This document shows, one piece after another, positions 23,863 to 26,684 of a stretch of DNA of 26,684 nt. Made by a program: the position numbers and the translations under genes. The stretch spans positions 1 to 26,684 of the forward strand of contig CAZQYK010000404.1 of assembly GCA_964597285.1 (NCBI GenBank), given 5' to 3'. Below the pieces are notes generated by a model, which worked only from the letters and a program-made list of their open reading frames with translations, had not been told where the DNA came from and made no database searches. This DNA is from an uncultured Spirochaetales bacterium. Its GTDB lineage: Bacteria; Myxococcota_A; UBA9160; SMWR01. Numbering within the stretch: the first letter of the stretch is position 1; each line of letters starts with the position of its first letter.

Positions 23863-24965
23863 CTTCCCGCCACCGCCGACGGCTGCTGCCAGCTCGACAG
23901 GAACTGCATCAGCAGCTGGACCAGCTCCTCGGGCGGCTGCGGCTCGGGCTCCTCGACGGAGTCCTTGAGGTGCTCGAAGCGCAGCAGGTCCAGCTTCGCG
24001 AACGCCTCGCGCACGCGCGGCGTCAGCAGGCCGAGGCGCTTCAGGTTCGGGACGATCTTCGAGAAGGTCATCTGGCGGAAGCCCACCATGAAGGGCGTGT
24101 TCTTCGCCCACTCGACCCACACCTCCTGGTCCCAGCCGAGGCGGTCGAAGACCTGGTGCATCAGCAGTCGCTCGCGCAGCAGGTGCGTCGACTCGATCAC
24201 GAAGTCCTCGCGCTCGCGCAGCTCGCTCGCGCTCATCTCCCGCGTGTACAGGTTCTCGAGCGCCATCACGCCGAAGGCCACGTGGCGCGACTCGTCGGCC
24301 ATGATGCGCCGCGTGATGTCCTGGATCAGCTCCTCGCCGGACATCATCAGCCGCAGCAGCCCGAAGGCCGCGAGCGCGAGCCCCTCGACCATGATCTGCA
24401 TCCCGAGGAAGGTCAGGTCCCAGCGCGGGTCGGTGACGATGTCGTCCATCAGCGTCTGCAGGCTCGGGTGCACCTCGTAGGACAGGCCGAGCTTCTCGGT
24501 GAGGTAGCGGTGGTAGACCTCGACGTGGCGCGCCTCGTCGGACACCTGGCTCGCGGCGTAGAACTTCGCCTCCTCCCACGGCACCGTCTGCACGATCTTC
24601 GCGGTCGCGACGAGCGCGCCCTGCTCGCCGTGCAGGAACTGCGAGAGCATGAAGGAGTTCATGTTCAGCTGGAGGTCGATCGTCTCGCGCTCGTCGAGCG
24701 TGCGCGGCGGGTTCATCACCTGGTTCAGCAGCTGACCGCCGCCGCCGGCGGCGCGCTCGCGCATGATGCGGTCGATGTCGACGTCGATCGACCAGTCGAG
24801 GTCGGACGCGTTCCAGGCGTTCTTCTTGCCCTTCTCGTACAGCGCCAGCAGGTTCTGCTGGCGCAGCGCGTACTCCCAGTCGAAGACCGTGTCGATGGTG
24901 GCGCGAATCTCGCGCGAGGCTCCGGTCGCGGGGAGCGGAAGCGGATTGCGCTGCTGGTAGTTCAC
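23859..24965 (-). CDS. Ferritin-like diiron protein (AurF-like superfamily)
   Basis: GTG start with AAGGAG SD and GTGA overlap with the TetR stop. Diiron ligand pattern HGEQGA, DEARH, VEGLA, DESRH (two ExxH motifs). Confidence 0.82.
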   Translation of the reverse strand: MNYQQRNPLPLPATGASREIRATIDTVFDWEYALRQQNLLALYEKGKKNAWNASDLDWSIDVDIDRIMRERAAGGGGQLLNQVMNPPRTLDERETIDLQLNMNSFMLSQFLHGEQGALVATAKIVQTVPWEEAKFYAASQVSDEARHVEVYHRYLTEKLGLSYEVHPSLQTLMDDIVTDPRWDLTFLGMQIMVEGLALAAFGLLRLMMSGEELIQDITRRIMADESRHVAFGVMALENLYTREMSASELREREDFVIESTHLLRERLLMHQVFDRLGWDQEVWVEWAKNTPFMVGFRQMTFSKIVPNLKRLGLLTPRVREAFAKLDLLRFEHLKDSVEEPEPQPPEELVQLLMQFLSSWQQPSAVAGS

Positions 24966-25666
24966 GATCGTCTCCTTCGGGCGCTGGTCCGGCGCGGGGC
25001 CGGGCGTGAGGCGGCCGCGTCGCGGGCGCCGACGTAGCCGAGGAAGTTGCGGACGATCTCCCGGGCGATCTCGTCGTCCGAGAGCGTGCGTCCGGCGGCG
25101 CGCAGGTCGCCGCCGATCACGCGCTGCAGCGTCAGCCCGAACGCGAACTGCACCGCGAGGTCGATCGCGATCTCGGGGTTCGGGTGCGAGAGCTGGTCGC
25201 GCCGGGTCAGCACCAGGCGCGTGATGCGCTCGCCGACGAGCCGGCGGAAGCGCAGCGCGTCGGCGCGCGCCTCGGCGTCGAGCGCGGCGCGCGTCAGGAA
25301 CGCGGCGATCAGGTTGCGGCGCTCGGTCGACACGCCGACGAGCTCGGCCGCGCAGGCCTCGACGATCGCGCGCAGCGGCGCCTCGGCCCAGCGCCCCTCG
25401 TCGGCGAGCGCCTCGACGCGCGCGTCCATCTCGGCGAGGAAGCGCTCCTCGAGCGCGCGCAGCAGCGCGTCCTTGTCGCGGAAGCGCGCGTAGAAGCCGC
25501 CGACCGACGAGCGCGCGCGGTGCACGATCTCCGGGATCGAGACCTCCGCCGGCCCCTTCTCCTCGATCAGCGCCTCGGCGGCGTCGAGGATGCGGTGCAG
25601 CGTCGCGAGGCTGCGCGCCTGCTTCGGCGGGGCGGGGCTGGCGAGCGCGAGCGGGGCGTCGGCCAT
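24962..25666 (-). CDS. TetR/AcrR family transcriptional regulator
   Basis: QARSLATLHRILDAAEALIEEKG...VSIPEIVHRARSSVGGFYARFRDKDALL helix-turn-helix. Confidence 0.93.
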   Translation of the reverse strand: MADAPLALASPAPPKQARSLATLHRILDAAEALIEEKGPAEVSIPEIVHRARSSVGGFYARFRDKDALLRALEERFLAEMDARVEALADEGRWAEAPLRAIVEACAAELVGVSTERRNLIAAFLTRAALDAEARADALRFRRLVGERITRLVLTRRDQLSHPNPEIAIDLAVQFAFGLTLQRVIGGDLRAAGRTLSDDEIAREIVRNFLGYVGARDAAASRPAPRRTSARRRRS

Positions 25667-25691
25667 CGGCGGGTCCGGGGTTCGTTCGAGA

Positions 25692-25716
25692 AGAATCAGA
25701 ATCGGATTCGGATTCT
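25692..25716. promoter_or_regulatory. Palindromic operator overlapping the TetR promoter
   Basis: AGAATCAGAATC-G-GATTCGGATTCT: 12-bp arms with 1 mismatch, overlapping minus-strand -10 TAGAAT (25717-25712). Confidence 0.65.
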
Positions 25717-25762
25717 ACGCAACGGCGGCGCCGGCGTCGAGGGCCCTTGGGAGGCGCGCCGC

Positions 25763-26434
25763 TCAGGCCGGCGGCGCGATGCCGAGCGTGCGCGACGTCG
25801 CGGAGATCGGCACCGCGGCCGGGTCCGGCGCGGTGCCGAGCAGCCGATCGGCGCCGAGCCGGGTGACGCCGAACCAGTGGCGCTCGTTCTTGAAGTGGTG
25901 CAGGCGGTGGTTGCGCCACAGCCGGCGGTAGGCCGCACCGCGCGGCGCGACCCGCGTGTGGATCAGGAAGTGCACGGCCTCGTAGTGGATCGCCAGCGCC
26001 AGATAGGTCGCGAGCGCGGTCAGCGCGAGCTCGGGCCCCGGCGTCGCGAGGAAGCACAGCGCGGCGACGATCGGCAGCGAGTACCAGAAGGAGTGGAAGG
26101 GGATGAAGAGCAGCGCGTAGTTCCACGGGTCGCGGTGGTGTGCGCGGTGCGCGCGCGGCACGCGCCCGTCGAAGCGGAAGCGCCCGATCCGCACCGGCTT
26201 CGCGTGCAGGATCCACACGTGGATCCCCCACTCCTGGAGCGGCCAGAGCGCGGCGATCACCGCCACCGGCGCGAGATCCCACGCCGACCAGCCGCCGAGC
26301 GCGATCCGCGCCGCGAGCGCGGCCGCGAACGCCGCGAGCAGCACGCGCGGGCTCGCGTGGCCGAGGAACACCGGCAGCGCCTCGCGCAGCGTCGCGGGGG
26401 TGTCGCCGGGAGCGCTCGTCGCGGGCCGGGTCAT
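25763..26434 (-). CDS. Fatty acid hydroxylase / sterol desaturase family membrane diiron enzyme
   Basis: His boxes HIWILH, HRAHH, HFLIH, HRLHH separated by TM segments. Confidence 0.88.
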   Translation of the reverse strand: MTRPATSAPGDTPATLREALPVFLGHASPRVLLAAFAAALAARIALGGWSAWDLAPVAVIAALWPLQEWGIHVWILHAKPVRIGRFRFDGRVPRAHRAHHRDPWNYALLFIPFHSFWYSLPIVAALCFLATPGPELALTALATYLALAIHYEAVHFLIHTRVAPRGAAYRRLWRNHRLHHFKNERHWFGVTRLGADRLLGTAPDPAAVPISATSRTLGIAPPA

Positions 26435-26440
26435 GGCGCG

Positions 26441-26548
26441 ATTCTATCCCGACGCGCGCGCGCCGCGGCAGGAGCGAGTGCGGCCGCCGCGATTCCGGCG
26501 CCGCGGCCCGCTCGAGCCTGGCGACGCGCCGGAGCGGGCGCGTAGAAT
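26441..26548. promoter_or_regulatory. Divergent pair of TAGAAT -10 boxes
   Basis: Minus-strand TAGAAT 26446-26441 is 6 nt from ATG 26434; plus-strand TAGAAT 26543-26548 is 7 nt from ATG 26556. Confidence 0.6.
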
Positions 26549-26555
26549 GCGCGCG

Positions 26556-26684
26556 ATGCTCCAGCCGACGCGGATCCGCCCGCTCGCGCTCGCGGCGCTC
26601 GCCGCGCTCGCGTGGACGTGGCGCGCGTCTCAGGATCCACGTCCCGAGCCGGTCGTCGCGCCGACGCCTCAGGCTCACCCGAGC
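26556..26684 (+). CDS. Partial CDS with signal-peptide or membrane-anchor-like N-terminus; function unknown
   Basis: MLQPTRIRPLALAALAALAWTWRASQDPRPEPVVAPTPQAHPS..., open to the window end and preceded by a -10 box. Confidence 0.55.
   Translation, partial: MLQPTRIRPLALAALAALAWTWRASQDPRPEPVVAPTPQAHPS

Noticed and set aside
1-26684. CRISPR arrays, tRNA/rRNA, IS elements, integrases and defence systems
   Set aside because: No regularly spaced repeats, RNA-gene signatures or transposase/recombinase motifs were seen; the intergenic gaps are short and mostly explained by promoters.

Overview
Very GC-rich bacterial window with no rRNA, tRNA, CRISPR or transposase that I can see. The long-form HflX and multiple sigma-54 promoters suggest Myxococcota or a deltaproteobacteria-like lineage (inference only). 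Most long ORFs in the supplied track are shadow frames or N-terminally over-extended, so I re-called starts from motifs, RBSs and stop/start overlaps. Three blocks: (1) 1-8815 housekeeping and lipid genes: glmU-glmS-SAM methyltransferase (minus), divergent hflX-fabH, a phasin-like protein and a glutaryl-CoA-dehydrogenase-like gene. (2) About 8850-23620, a Wzx/Wzy-type surface polysaccharide locus. Its minus-strand operon is wzc, UDP-HexNAc 4,6-dehydratase, UDP-sulfoquinovose synthase (sqdB-like), SDR epimerase, priming glycosyltransferase, wzx, wzy. Two plus-strand gene pairs flank it (secreted beta-helix protein + GT4; P-loop kinase + GT4), and each of the three units has a -24/-12 sigma-54 promoter. 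(3) 23620-end: fatty-acid hydroxylase, TetR, ferritin-like diiron protein and a GNAT remnant, plus a partial gene. Main candidate for new biology: a sulfonated (sulfoquinovose or sulfofucose-containing) bacterial exopolysaccharide or capsule pathway with an unexplained kinase and a beta-helix enzyme.
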